A stretch of DNA of 64,000 nucleotides from Thermoproteota archaeon (GTDB taxonomy: Archaea > Korarchaeota > Korarchaeia > Korarchaeales > Korarchaeaceae): positions 1 through 64,000 of the forward strand of contig JAOZFH010000025.1 of the NCBI GenBank assembly GCA_027491415.1, written 5' to 3'. The position numbers and the translations under genes were made by a program. Every line of letters starts with the position of its first letter. Positions within the stretch are counted from its first letter, which is position 1. Under the pieces are notes generated by a model, which saw only the letters and a program-made list of their open reading frames with translations, was not told the origin of the DNA and searched no databases. This document shows, one piece after another, positions 38,566 through 48,196 of the stretch.

Positions 38566-40137
38566 TTAACGATCAGTTCTGAACAGAATCCAAGCCCCCC
38601 TGAGGGGGTTGAAGTTCCAAATCAGGTCTTGCGAGCAGCTGAGGCACATCCACACTGGGTCGTACGAGTACCCCTCGTCCCTCAACACCGACTCCTTGAA
38701 GAAGGCCAGGGCCTCCAGAATGCCAGCCCTCCCGGCGCCGCCCGGGAGATAGTAGTCCGGGTAGGAGAGAGCAAAGGCGAGGAACTCGACTATTCGCGCG
38801 TACTCCCCGTCTATTAGCTGTCCCCTCGACGTGGTCGCTATGATCAGGGCCTGGCTGAGCCCCGATACCTCGCGCGCGAAGCCTTCGGCTTCGCAGCCGT
38901 TTACGAGGAGGACGAGCTTGCCGTAGCTCAGGTTGGCCAGCGCCCTCGATAGGTCCTCCGCAGTCAGGTTCCCAGGGGCGAGGTCGACCCAGTCCCACCC
39001 CGCGCCGTGGTGGGCGTCTATGACCACGAAGACGATGTCGTTCAGGTCCGACGGGAGGGAGGCGATGGCATGAAGGGCCCTCTCCACGTCCTCCTCGGTC
39101 TGAATTATGAGGTCCGGGTAGATCAACCCGGCCGAGGGGGCCTTCCTCCTCCTCCCCCAGGGGACGTCGGACATGTACATGCCGACTTGGAAGGGGCCAG
39201 CCCAGCCCCTGGAGAGGTGCGTCCAGTACAGGGCCGTGGCGTCGAGTCCCTCCTCGGTTCGGAGGGACGTCTGGCTGACGATGAGGAGTATGCTGTCCTC
39301 GCCGTAGCCGTGCCTCTTCGCGAGGTGGTAGAGCATGAGAGAGCCGCCGGCCCCTATCCTGCCTCCCTGAATTATCACGAGATACCTCTGGGACCTCCCG
39401 TAGAGCGCGTTAAGTCTAGGATTGTCCAGATCGTTCATGGGATCAGTTCCAGCCTCCAGCTCCTCAAGGTTGGAGAAGCCATCCGAGTCCGCATCTCCGC
39501 GCAGGACCTCACCTCCCAACAGGCCCGACTGGCACAGGTCCACGACGTAGTAGAAGGGGAGCGCCTCCAAGGAGAGTAGAGCGGATGTCTCTCCGTCGTC
39601 GACCACCCCGTCGCTCAACACGGCATCCACAAGCCTCGAAACGCAGCCGCGCGTCTCTTCCACCGTGAATAGTCTAGAGTATTCTGGAGGAGGTCCGCGC
39701 AGGATACCCTCCACGACCCTGACAAGGGCCCACTCTCCTTCCTCCATCCTCCCGTCTGCCTCGAGCCGAGACAGCATTCGATAGACCCACCTCTCCATCC
39801 CCGTGCGGATGGCGTAGGATAGGAGGGGGCTGGCCGACAGCGGGTTGCCACCCCAGCTGAACTCGTCCCCGTCGCAGATCCCATCTCCATCCGTGTCCCA
39901 GAGTACGGGAGAGGTTCCAATCTTCACTTCGAAGCCGTCCATCAGCCCGTCTAGGTCCGTGTCGAACTTTCCCACCTTTGTCTTGTAGACCAGCTCCTCC
40001 AGCGCGTCGGCGAGCATGTCGTCATCTCTGTCCACCAGACCGAACGTGAGTGTGGTCAGGCTTCCCAGCTGGCTCAGCAGGAGCGCAAATGACAGGAGAG
40101 CACTTAGTCTCTTGGCCCTCGTCCTCCAGCGGATCAA
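38566..40137 (-). CDS. Exported protein with DxDxDG Ca-binding repeats and a C-terminal clan-CD (C13/caspase-like) peptidase domain
   Basis: DTDLDGLMD, DTDGDGICD, DADSDG; FVVIDAHHG and LLVNGCEA His/Cys dyad; start uncertain. Confidence 0.65.
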   Translation of the reverse strand: MIRWRTRAKRLSALLSFALLLSQLGSLTTLTFGLVDRDDDMLADALEELVYKTKVGKFDTDLDGLMDGFEVKIGTSPVLWDTDGDGICDGDEFSWGGNPLSASPLLSYAIRTGMERWVYRMLSRLEADGRMEEGEWALVRVVEGILRGPPPEYSRLFTVEETRGCVSRLVDAVLSDGVVDDGETSALLSLEALPFYYVVDLCQSGLLGGEVLRGDADSDGFSNLEELEAGTDPMNDLDNPRLNALYGRSQRYLVIIQGGRIGAGGSLMLYHLAKRHGYGEDSILLIVSQTSLRTEEGLDATALYWTHLSRGWAGPFQVGMYMSDVPWGRRRKAPSAGLIYPDLIIQTEEDVERALHAIASLPSDLNDIVFVVIDAHHGAGWDWVDLAPGNLTAEDLSRALANLSYGKLVLLVNGCEAEGFAREVSGLSQALIIATTSRGQLIDGEYARIVEFLAFALSYPDYYLPGGAGRAGILEALAFFKESVLRDEGYSYDPVWMCLSCSQDLIWNFNPLRGAWILFRTDR

Positions 40138-40424
40138 CCTCAGCGCGCTCAGAAGGCATGGGGGTGAACATAACGGTTTGCCCCCGACCAAATCGGTCCT
40201 CCTGGCCTGATTCAACGAACTCGCGCGGGCCCCAGGGTGGGCGATCCCACAACCTGCCTCTAGGGCCCCCCGGGCGACGCCGTGGTCAGGTGCCAGTTGA
40301 AAGCCTCCTTTATACAGGAAGGGACGTCTCGAGGATGTAGGGTAGGTGTTGATTCCTGACTAAAATCTTTAATTAATTGATAAAGCAGAACGTTTGAAGT
40401 ACTCTCTTAGCTCTGGTGTGGTTC

Positions 40425-41027
40425 ATGTCGGGCTTGAGCTTGTTGGGGAGGGTGGTGGCTTGGGAGTTCCTAGTGGCAGCCGCCGCCTATCTGCTAATGG
40501 CCGTCACAACCGGTCTCTCACCTAAGAAGTCCCCGCAGGTGGGATTCTTTGCACTCGGCTTTGCCTTTCTGTCGCTGGCCATGGCCGCCAGGTTCGTCTC
40601 CCTGTTCCTCCCCCCCGCCGTCAGGTGGAAGCTGACAATACCCTCTGGGGCCCTGGTCTTCATGTCGGCTTCGGCCCTCCTCAGCGGGTTCACCAGGCCC
40701 TCGTCAAGGCCGATTGCCGAGGCTGGGGTGATCGTTGCCGGGGCCGCGGTACTTGCAGTGGTTGGCAACGATCCCTCCGGCTTGTCCCTGATTGAGTTCT
40801 GCTACGGCCTCGTATTCTTCATCCTGTTCGCCCTGTCGGCCCGGGTTTACTCAAAGTCCGGCTTGTCCACCCACCTCTTTCTAGCCCTGGGGCTTTTGCT
40901 GATTGGCCTGTCAGGCCTGTTGCCCGCGATCACCCTTCCGTTCCTGTCTCACGCTCGTCTCCTCTTGTCGGCCTCTCTTCACCTGGGCGCCGCCGTGTCA
41001 TTCGTGTGGGCGCTCGCGGGGGTCTGA
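40425..41027 (+). CDS. Seven-TM membrane protein (putative sensor)
   Basis: Seven hydrophobic helices counted by eye, no soluble domain; AT-rich upstream region. Confidence 0.7.
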   Translation: MSGLSLLGRVVAWEFLVAAAAYLLMAVTTGLSPKKSPQVGFFALGFAFLSLAMAARFVSLFLPPAVRWKLTIPSGALVFMSASALLSGFTRPSSRPIAEAGVIVAGAAVLAVVGNDPSGLSLIEFCYGLVFFILFALSARVYSKSGLSTHLFLALGLLLIGLSGLLPAITLPFLSHARLLLSASLHLGAAVSFVWALAGV

Positions 41028-41029
41028 GA

Positions 41030-41446
41030 ATGGGCCTGAGGGACGTCTACGTCTTCGAGGATCGCACGGGTAGGCTGGTGTTTGCCAAGTCGTACGGGAG
41101 TCTCAGGGGGGACGAGGATCTCATTTCAGGGTTCCTGTCCTCGATTCAAAACTTCCTCGCCGAGGTCGCGGAGGACGAGATAAAAGAAATCTCGGGAAGG
41201 AGGTTCAGGTTCCTGTTTAAGAGGGCGGGAGACTGCGTTGTTTGCGTCGTCGTTGACGGTAGCGAGGGCTCCGAGTCGTCCAAGAGGCTGCTGGACAGTG
41301 TTGCCAAGGCCTTCTTGAAGGCCAGCAGGGTGACCGGCCTCAGGCGGCTGGATCAGTTCGAGAAGAAGTGTGACGAGATAGCGGAGAGCTGGGGGAAGCT
41401 GGTCAGATGGAGTGAGGCCCTAGACCAGCTCGATGAATGGGGGTGA
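41030..41446 (+). CDS. Longin/roadblock-like domain protein
   Basis: VYVF...GRLVF...DEDLISGFLSSIQNF...IKEI. Confidence 0.8.
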   Translation: MGLRDVYVFEDRTGRLVFAKSYGSLRGDEDLISGFLSSIQNFLAEVAEDEIKEISGRRFRFLFKRAGDCVVCVVVDGSEGSESSKRLLDSVAKAFLKASRVTGLRRLDQFEKKCDEIAESWGKLVRWSEALDQLDEWG

Positions 41447-42150
41447 GACCCCTGGGCCTCAGCGCCATAGAACTCCTCGAGTCCCTCCCACCAGAGCTCG
41501 TCTCAGCGGTTACGGAGGCTCTCAAATCACTCGGCCTCTCCCCCGGGGATCCGCTGGACGACGATCACCTCACGAAGATTTTCAGGGAAGTCTCCCGGTC
41601 TCTCGGCAAGGCGAGAGCTTACCAGGCGTTCCGCGAGGCGGGCGTGGTGAGGGGGATCACCAGGGCGAAGGCCTTCGTGGTGGGAGACGCCGCGGTGGGG
41701 AAGACGACGTTCTGCGTCAAGCTGGCGACGGGAAGGTTCAAAGAGGAGTACAAGGTGACGGTCGGGGTCGACTTCTACACGCTCGACCTGATAAGCGGTG
41801 GCAGGCTTGTGAAGCTGGTGCTCTGGGATCTAGCAGGCCAGGAGAGGTTCGGCCTGGTGAGACCGAACTTCTACGCCGGATCCTGCGGGGGTTTCATTGC
41901 ATTCGCCTTGGACAGGCCCGAGACCCTTCGCAGCGTGCCGGGGTGGGTCAGGGAGATAGAGGAGAACGTGGGAAGGAAGGTTCCGGCCGTTCTGATCGGC
42001 ACCAAGCTGGACCTCTCCCCAAGTCTTCCCGAGGCCTCGAACATCGCCGAGGAACTGGACCTGGTGGGCTACGTGCCCGTGAGCTCGAAGACCGGGGAGA
42101 ACCTCATGAGAGCCGTCAGGACGCTCATTTCGGCCTGCGTCAACATCTAG
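41437..42150 (+). CDS. Rab-like small GTPase with a helical N-terminal extension
   Basis: GDAAVGKT, TVGVDF, WDLAGQERF, GTKLD, SSKTG. Confidence 0.92.
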   Translation: MGVRPLGLSAIELLESLPPELVSAVTEALKSLGLSPGDPLDDDHLTKIFREVSRSLGKARAYQAFREAGVVRGITRAKAFVVGDAAVGKTTFCVKLATGRFKEEYKVTVGVDFYTLDLISGGRLVKLVLWDLAGQERFGLVRPNFYAGSCGGFIAFALDRPETLRSVPGWVREIEENVGRKVPAVLIGTKLDLSPSLPEASNIAEELDLVGYVPVSSKTGENLMRAVRTLISACVNI

Positions 42151-42151
42151 A

Positions 42152-43450
42152 TTACTTTCTCCTCCTTTCCTCGACGAATAGTGCGAACACCGCCAGGGCG
42201 GCCATGCCTATAGCAGATCCTATCCAGAAGGAGACCGAGATGCCCGGCAGGACGGCCCCCAGGATGTGGATCTCCCTACCTTGGCAGGACCTGTAGAGGT
42301 ACCCGCCCAGTATCGGACCGATCACGGCTCCGACGTTGAAGGCAGCTTGCACGGTCCCGAATACCTTACCCCTCATGCTCTCGGGTACTAGGTCTGCCTG
42401 CAGAGCCCTCATGACCGGCTGAAAGGAGTTGAACGCCACGGACCTAGCGGTAGCCAGCGCGGTGAGATCCCTCACACTCTTGGCTATTGGGATCAGGGCC
42501 GTCATGACCCTAGAGGCGAAGCCCCCCGCTATCACTATGGCCTTCCTGCCCACGGCGTCCGAGAGCCTCCCAGCTGGGTATGCCGCGAGCATCCCCACCA
42601 GCCCAGAGATTGTGGTGATCGCGGCCAACGCGGCCGGGTCTGCGTCAACGTACTGGACAACGAACAGCCCCATCAGGGGCCCCGAGAACCCCATGGCTAT
42701 TCCGTTCGCCACGGCCATGAGGTAAATCGCGTTTATGCTCCTCCGGACGGAGGGATCGACCTCCCGATCCTCCGACTCCCCTCCCTGAGACGACGGAAGG
42801 ATCTCACTCCTTGGCTCGACGCGTGGTTCCTTGAGCAGGAGGGCTGCGGGGAGCCCGAGCAGGGAGAAAAGTGTCAAGAAGAGGAAGGGAAACTTGAGGG
42901 CCCTCTCGACGTCTCTGATTCCCAAGTAGAAGACTCCGAACTTGTAGGCCGTCACCCCGAGGGCCGGGCCGGTGATGAACGCCAGGTTGGTCGCGACCAT
43001 ATACACCGCCATGGCCCTCCCCCTCCTCTCGCTCCCCGTTGAGTCCATCAGGAGGGCCTCGGCCACCGGCCAGACCATGGCTGAGGCGACTCCCTGAAGG
43101 CCCCTGATGAGGTAGAGCTGGTTGAGGCTGTTCGCCAGCAAGTATCCGAGGGAGAGGAGGACGTACATGATCGAACCAGACGCTATGAGCCTCTTCCTCC
43201 CAACCTTGTCGCTCAGGGATCCAAAGTATCGGGCCAGGAACGCCCTGGTCAGCATGAAGGCCGATATGAGGGTGCCATACTCCACCGCGTAGCTCCCCGC
43301 CCCGCCGATCGTTCCAAGGGTCTCCGGAAGCTCTCTAAGCTCTCCGACGAGATACAGCATGTAGTACGGTATTATTCCCATGATGGCGCCGTAGCCTAGG
43401 CTGATGACGAACGCGAGCCAGGAGAGGAGTGTGAGATTTCGTCTGTACAA
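42152..43450 (-). CDS. MFS transporter
   Basis: GSLSDKVGRK and GRLSDAVGRK motif A; about 12 TM helices. Confidence 0.92.
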   Translation of the reverse strand: MYRRNLTLLSWLAFVISLGYGAIMGIIPYYMLYLVGELRELPETLGTIGGAGSYAVEYGTLISAFMLTRAFLARYFGSLSDKVGRKRLIASGSIMYVLLSLGYLLANSLNQLYLIRGLQGVASAMVWPVAEALLMDSTGSERRGRAMAVYMVATNLAFITGPALGVTAYKFGVFYLGIRDVERALKFPFLFLTLFSLLGLPAALLLKEPRVEPRSEILPSSQGGESEDREVDPSVRRSINAIYLMAVANGIAMGFSGPLMGLFVVQYVDADPAALAAITTISGLVGMLAAYPAGRLSDAVGRKAIVIAGGFASRVMTALIPIAKSVRDLTALATARSVAFNSFQPVMRALQADLVPESMRGKVFGTVQAAFNVGAVIGPILGGYLYRSCQGREIHILGAVLPGISVSFWIGSAIGMAALAVFALFVEERRRK

Positions 43451-43753
43451 GCTCGCGGGCCCTTCTGAACGGGAGTTAATATTTCTTACTGAACTTGACC
43501 CAGCGGACGGCCTGCGGACCCCGGGACGCGCTTTAACTGAGATGAATCCGCGACTATATGGAGTCATATCAGATCAATACTCTCCATTTTCGAATCGAGC
43601 GGTTCAGCACCCCCTGACTTTGGGTGAATTCCGGATCAAACCGGGGCGCCGGACCTAGGGGCACCTTCTGCCTATTTCAGGCGATTTGTTTAAGAAGTTT
43701 TTCTAGGGTAGTTTATATAGTGAAAAGAGGTAAGCACACGTGAAGTAATCGGA

Positions 43754-45091
43754 ATGAGTGAGGAAGGCGAGGTTGCGGGCGCGCCCCGCAGGTTGAGTCT
43801 CGGGGTAGACCCGCTTGACTTGTTGTTGGATGGGGTTCAGCCTGGATCGATCCTAACAATGTTAGGGCCGCCAGGATCTGGGGCGAGCACACTTGCTGTG
43901 GAATTTCTGCTAAAAGACGTCGCAAGGGGGGAGAGGGCCGCGGTTCTCCTGACCACGCGGAGAACCTGGGAGCTCCTGAGGATCGCCGAGGCCTACGGGC
44001 AGGAACTGAAGAAGGGGCTGGACGGCAGACTGATCAAGGTCGTGGAGATCGAAAACCCGTTCGCTCAGAGCGAGGTGAACGAGTCCCTGGTCGAGTTCTT
44101 CACGGCCCTCGAGGAGTTCAAGCCGAGCCGCGTCTACGTAGACGTGATAGACCCCCTCCTAGTGACCCTCGGACGAAGGGGTCTGATGTCGGGGCTCATA
44201 GGGCCACTGATCGAACTCTCCCGCAGAAAGAAGCTTCTGACGCTCATCAGATGTGCGACGCCTAGGACGTACTCTCTCCTCTCCCAGTTCTCGACGGGGG
44301 CCTTTAGACTGGAGTGGAGCCCCGAGACGAGGGAGGGGGGTAGCCTGAGGAAGCTTGTGCTGGACAACCTCCGCGACATCCCGCACCTAGAGTCCTCGAC
44401 CGAGTTTAAGTTAATTCCAGGAGACGGGATAAGGGCGATAAGGCCCGGAGAACTCCCTGAGTGGCTGGAGCGAATCCCCTCGGGACTCCCGGATCTGGAC
44501 TCCGCCATCGGAGGTGGATACCCCTCGGGCTCGATGGTGCTGATCTCCGGCGGCCCTGGCTCCGGGAAGACCCTCCTCGCCCTCAAGTCCTCCGCGATTC
44601 TATCCAGTCGAGAACTGCGGGCTCTCTTCGTCAGCTTCGCGGAAGGTTCAGAGGACATCCTCAGGAGGGTCCGATCCATTGGAAACGAGGTGACCGACTT
44701 CAGGGCCGTGGGAGCTGATCCCTCCATCGGATCCGTTGCGAGGCACATTCAGGAGCTGAAGGGGGCTCTCACTGAGCACAGCCCAGACGTCGTGGTCGTG
44801 GACGCCTTGGAACTCATGGTCTCCCTGCTGGACAGGTGGGAGGAGGGCCTGAGGTACCTGAGATTTCTGAGGGGGTGGGTCAGGGATTCAAAGGGACTGG
44901 CAGTCGTGTCGACGGGTAAGAATCCCTTGGTGGAGCTTGCCAGCCCATTGTTCGACGTCTCGCTGGAGCTGGAGGTCCTAGAGGTGGGCGACCGCCTAGT
45001 GAGGACGCTTAAGGTCCGGAAGGTGTCCTACGGTGGTGGGTCGGCGAGGAGGATACCCCTCTCCAGCTTAGACGGGTCAGGCTCGAGGTAG
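43754..45091 (+). CDS. KaiC-like double-domain ATPase with degenerate N-terminal Walker A
   Basis: GPPGSGAS (Lys lost) and GGPGSGKT; SGLPDLDSAIGGG. Confidence 0.85.
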   Translation: MSEEGEVAGAPRRLSLGVDPLDLLLDGVQPGSILTMLGPPGSGASTLAVEFLLKDVARGERAAVLLTTRRTWELLRIAEAYGQELKKGLDGRLIKVVEIENPFAQSEVNESLVEFFTALEEFKPSRVYVDVIDPLLVTLGRRGLMSGLIGPLIELSRRKKLLTLIRCATPRTYSLLSQFSTGAFRLEWSPETREGGSLRKLVLDNLRDIPHLESSTEFKLIPGDGIRAIRPGELPEWLERIPSGLPDLDSAIGGGYPSGSMVLISGGPGSGKTLLALKSSAILSSRELRALFVSFAEGSEDILRRVRSIGNEVTDFRAVGADPSIGSVARHIQELKGALTEHSPDVVVVDALELMVSLLDRWEEGLRYLRFLRGWVRDSKGLAVVSTGKNPLVELASPLFDVSLELEVLEVGDRLVRTLKVRKVSYGGGSARRIPLSSLDGSGSR

Positions 45092-45131
45092 CCGATCAAA
45101 CCTTTATCCTGATCCGGGCTAATGGCCGCAC

Positions 45132-45902
45132 GTGCTCGGAGATCGAATTCTAGGCGTGCTTGGTGGAATGGGGCCTGAGGCCACGGCGTACTTCATTTAC
45201 CTGATTACGGAACTCACCCCCGCCGAGAGGGACCAAGACCACATCCCCATGGTGGTGATCAGCGACCCCAAGATCCCAGACAGGAGCGAGGCCATCCTGA
45301 GCGGGGGTCCGAGCCCGGTGGGCAGGGCCCTCCAAGACCTCCGCATATTGGAGAGCCTGGGGGTGGAGCTGGTGGCGATCCCGTGCAACACGTTCTTCCA
45401 CTTCTACGAGGAGGTTGCCCGGGGCACCCCCTTGGAGATAGTTCACATGCCCCGCCTGACGGCCGAGCTCCTCGCGGACGCCGGAGTTCGGGCGGTCGGC
45501 CTCTTGGGAACGACTGGACTAGTCAAGTCGGGTCTCTACCAGAGGCTCCTGACGGACAGGGGGGTAGAGGTGGTCCTTCCTGACGAGCAGACGCAGGCCG
45601 AGGTGATGAGGGCGATATACGAGATCAAGGCTGGCCGAAAGTCGGGAGCGAGGCTGGCCCTGATCCGCGCGTCCCGTAGGCTCTTGGATCGTGGAGCCCA
45701 GCTGATCGTCGAGGGCTGCACCGAGATCCCCCTCGTGCTCAGGGGCGAGCCCCTCCCCCTGCTGGATCCGATGGAGGTGATGGGTAGGGCGTGCGTGGAC
45801 AGGTTCAAGGGCACGGCGCTGCTGACCGAGCTGAGGGCCCAGCTTGCGGAGGGAGACTCTCGATCGCCGACCAGAGGGCTCTCCGGTGCTCTTCCCCGAT
45901 GA
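45132..45902 (+). CDS. Aspartate/amino-acid racemase
   Basis: LGGMGPEAT, PDRS, PCNT, GCTE two-Cys motifs. Confidence 0.92.
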   Translation: MLGDRILGVLGGMGPEATAYFIYLITELTPAERDQDHIPMVVISDPKIPDRSEAILSGGPSPVGRALQDLRILESLGVELVAIPCNTFFHFYEEVARGTPLEIVHMPRLTAELLADAGVRAVGLLGTTGLVKSGLYQRLLTDRGVEVVLPDEQTQAEVMRAIYEIKAGRKSGARLALIRASRRLLDRGAQLIVEGCTEIPLVLRGEPLPLLDPMEVMGRACVDRFKGTALLTELRAQLAEGDSRSPTRGLSGALPR

Positions 45903-46344
45903 AGGTCACCCTCTGGAGCCTGTCGGAGTAAACCTCGGGCACCTCTCGGGACTTGCAGCCAGGCCCTAGGGATATCGGGATGGTCTCGGCGAGGCTCCCC
46001 AGCTCCCTGGCCCCCCTCTCGGAGTAGGCGTCGCAGGCCATACCCACAACCGCGTCGGGCCTCAAGAGTTCCACGATCTGAGCTACCTCGTCGTAGCTTA
46101 CAACTATCTTGACAAGGACGTCGATCCCCAGCTCTCTCGCGCGGAGAGCCAGTCTCACGACGTCCCGAACGCCGCAACCCTCTTCCGCGCACAACTCGCC
46201 TAGGCAGATGGAGTTGAGCCTCCTGATGCCCCCGCGGGGATCCACTGCGGGACACTTGGGGGACTTAGCGCAGGCGGGAACCAGCACAAGTACCTTGGGC
46301 AGCGGAACCACCGCCGAATATCGGATTGAGAAGCGAAACTCCAT
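45805..46344 (-). CDS. DUF116 family Cys-rich protein
   Basis: VPAC...CPA...C...C...C, VVGMAC, GC; start ATG 46344 or GTG 46311. Confidence 0.75.
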   Translation of the reverse strand: MEFRFSIRYSAVVPLPKVLVLVPACAKSPKCPAVDPRGGIRRLNSICLGELCAEEGCGVRDVVRLALRARELGIDVLVKIVVSYDEVAQIVELLRPDAVVGMACDAYSERGARELGSLAETIPISLGPGCKSREVPEVYSDRLQRVTFIGEEHRRALWSAIESLPPQAGPSARSAAPCP

Positions 46345-46452
46345 GCCGACAGACGATTCTTTTCGTAGGCGTCTCAGCGCGCAGACTCCTCCTAACTTCG
46401 CGTGCTGCGCGCGGCGGGCGCCATGGAGTAGCGCCACTGTCTGCCTTTTTTT
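46338..46452. ncRNA. Candidate structured (pseudoknotted) RNA element
   Basis: Three hairpins plus an 8-bp loop-to-flank pairing, followed by a T7 tract; no family recognised. Confidence 0.3.
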
Positions 46453-46515
46453 GGTTATGTGGGTCGGTGAGAGCAGCGACGCGGACGTCTCCAACCGCTC
46501 CAGGGGGCCCTTCCA

Positions 46516-47403
46516 ATGAGGTTTCGTGCAGCTGCGGCCGCGATCTTGATCGCGCTGTTGACGGCCACTTTGGGGCCGTTTGCGGTCCCGGTCCAGTCAG
46601 AGAACCCCCAGCTGTCAGTCAGGGTTCGGCTGTTTTCCGACGGCTGGGCCGACGTGGAACTCTCCGTCAACCTGACGAAGGCAGAGGCCTTCACAGTCGT
46701 CCCGCTGATGGGGGATCCCGAGGCTCTGCTGGCGGTGGACGAGGACATGTCTCCCCTCAACTACTCCCTGGAGGACGGCTCCATCCTAATCGCTACCATG
46801 GGATCTCAGAGGGTCACGGTCTTCTACCAGACTCCCTCGCTCACGGCGAAGTCAGGGGGCGTCTGGAACGTTACCGTATCACCCAACGTCGCCTCGTGGA
46901 TAGTGATCACCCTACCCAATGGGTCCACAGTCGTAGGTCTCTCCGACGTCCCCGAGAGGATTGAGTCGGAAGGGGGGAGGATAACTCTCGCGTTCGTCTC
47001 GGACTCTGCGTGGGTCTCCTACGTGATCCCACCCCCAGTCGAGTCGGGTCGAGGGACGGCCGGGTCGGGCCCGGGGGCAACCGAGGGTGCGGTTCAGCGG
47101 GCCTCTTGGTGGGTTCCCGCGGCGGGCCTGGCCGCGGCAGCGGGGGTTGGAGCTGCGATCGCGCTGTCAACTCGGAATCGCCGAAGACCCTCCCCCGCGG
47201 GCGAGATGGACTCCACCGACGCGGCCATACTCGAGGGCCTCGCCCGCATGGGGGGAGAGGCGTACCAGGCCGACCTGATAAAGTCCCTCGGGCTGCCGAG
47301 GTCCACCGTCTGGAGGCGAATTAGGAGGCTGGCCGAGGAGGGACACGTGGAGCTCAGGGACGGGGAGAGGGGGAAGATCGTGAGGCTCAGACGAGCGGAG
47401 TGA
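46516..47403 (+). CDS. Membrane-anchored protein with ectodomain and C-terminal HTH (COG2512-like)
   Basis: Signal peptide, beta-rich ectodomain, single TM, QADLIKSLGLPRSTVWRRIRRL. Confidence 0.85.
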   Translation: MRFRAAAAAILIALLTATLGPFAVPVQSENPQLSVRVRLFSDGWADVELSVNLTKAEAFTVVPLMGDPEALLAVDEDMSPLNYSLEDGSILIATMGSQRVTVFYQTPSLTAKSGGVWNVTVSPNVASWIVITLPNGSTVVGLSDVPERIESEGGRITLAFVSDSAWVSYVIPPPVESGRGTAGSGPGATEGAVQRASWWVPAAGLAAAAGVGAAIALSTRNRRRPSPAGEMDSTDAAILEGLARMGGEAYQADLIKSLGLPRSTVWRRIRRLAEEGHVELRDGERGKIVRLRRAE

Positions 47404-48196
47404 CGCTCAGAGCGGCCACTCCAAGCAGCCAGAGGGCCACAGGGAGGGTCAGCCCGGGCAAAATCCTCCTCTTGGAGTATAGGAGGTGAAGGGTCAAGAC
47501 CACGCCCGTGTTGAGCAGGAGGAGGGTGAAGAGGGCGCCGACCAATCCGAACATTCTCGAAGAAGAGGCTGAGGCAAGAGAGTACGCGAACAGGTCACCC
47601 AACCCCATCGACACCCTTCCGTGGGTGACCATCATGGGCTTCAGCGGATCGTCGCGCAGGTTCACGCCGTCTGACGCCCCCGCAGAGGAGAACATCTCCC
47701 CCAAGGGTCCCCTGAAGATGGCGTACGCATCGTAGAGGGCCAGGCTGCCCAAGAAGATGAACGTGAAAACTTCGGGGAATGTGCTGACGAAGAGGTATGC
47801 CACCGCGGATGAGAGCAGGGCCTTCGAGGCGTTCCCGACCAAACCAGATCTCAGCCCCAGCCAGGTGAAGGCCGCGCCGAGCGGGACGGAGAGGGTCCAC
47901 GAAAGGCCCAGGGACTCGAGCACCTCCGCCAGCGAGAGCGCGGCCGCGTAGAAGAGGGAGATTAGCAGGAGCGCCTTTAGGACTCTGAGCCTACCCGTCT
48001 TTAAGAGATAAACCATGAGCGACGCCGTGGCAAAGAGCAGCAGGACGTAGAATGCGGAGAGACCTCCCGCTTGGACGGCCGTGAGTTCCACCTCTGGCCT
48101 AGGTCTCGTGGCTGCCACCATGGCCAGCGCAATGAGCTGAGCCAGACAAGGCCAGATCAGAACGGAGTACGCCCTATCACCCTCCATCTCCCTCAC
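47387..48196 (-). CDS. Presenilin/SPP family intramembrane aspartyl protease
   Basis: YD, GLGD and PGL (PAL-equivalent) motifs; multi-TM. Confidence 0.88.
   Translation of the reverse strand: MREMEGDRAYSVLIWPCLAQLIALAMVAATRPRPEVELTAVQAGGLSAFYVLLLFATASLMVYLLKTGRLRVLKALLLISLFYAAALSLAEVLESLGLSWTLSVPLGAAFTWLGLRSGLVGNASKALLSSAVAYLFVSTFPEVFTFIFLGSLALYDAYAIFRGPLGEMFSSAGASDGVNLRDDPLKPMMVTHGRVSMGLGDLFAYSLASASSSRMFGLVGALFTLLLLNTGVVLTLHLLYSKRRILPGLTLPVALWLLGVAALSVTPLV

Noticed and set aside
43460-43750. C/D-box sRNA or tRNA in long intergenic regions (also 18250-18410, 34830-35066, 40215-40420)
   Set aside because: No convincing box C/box D pair or cloverleaf found by eye
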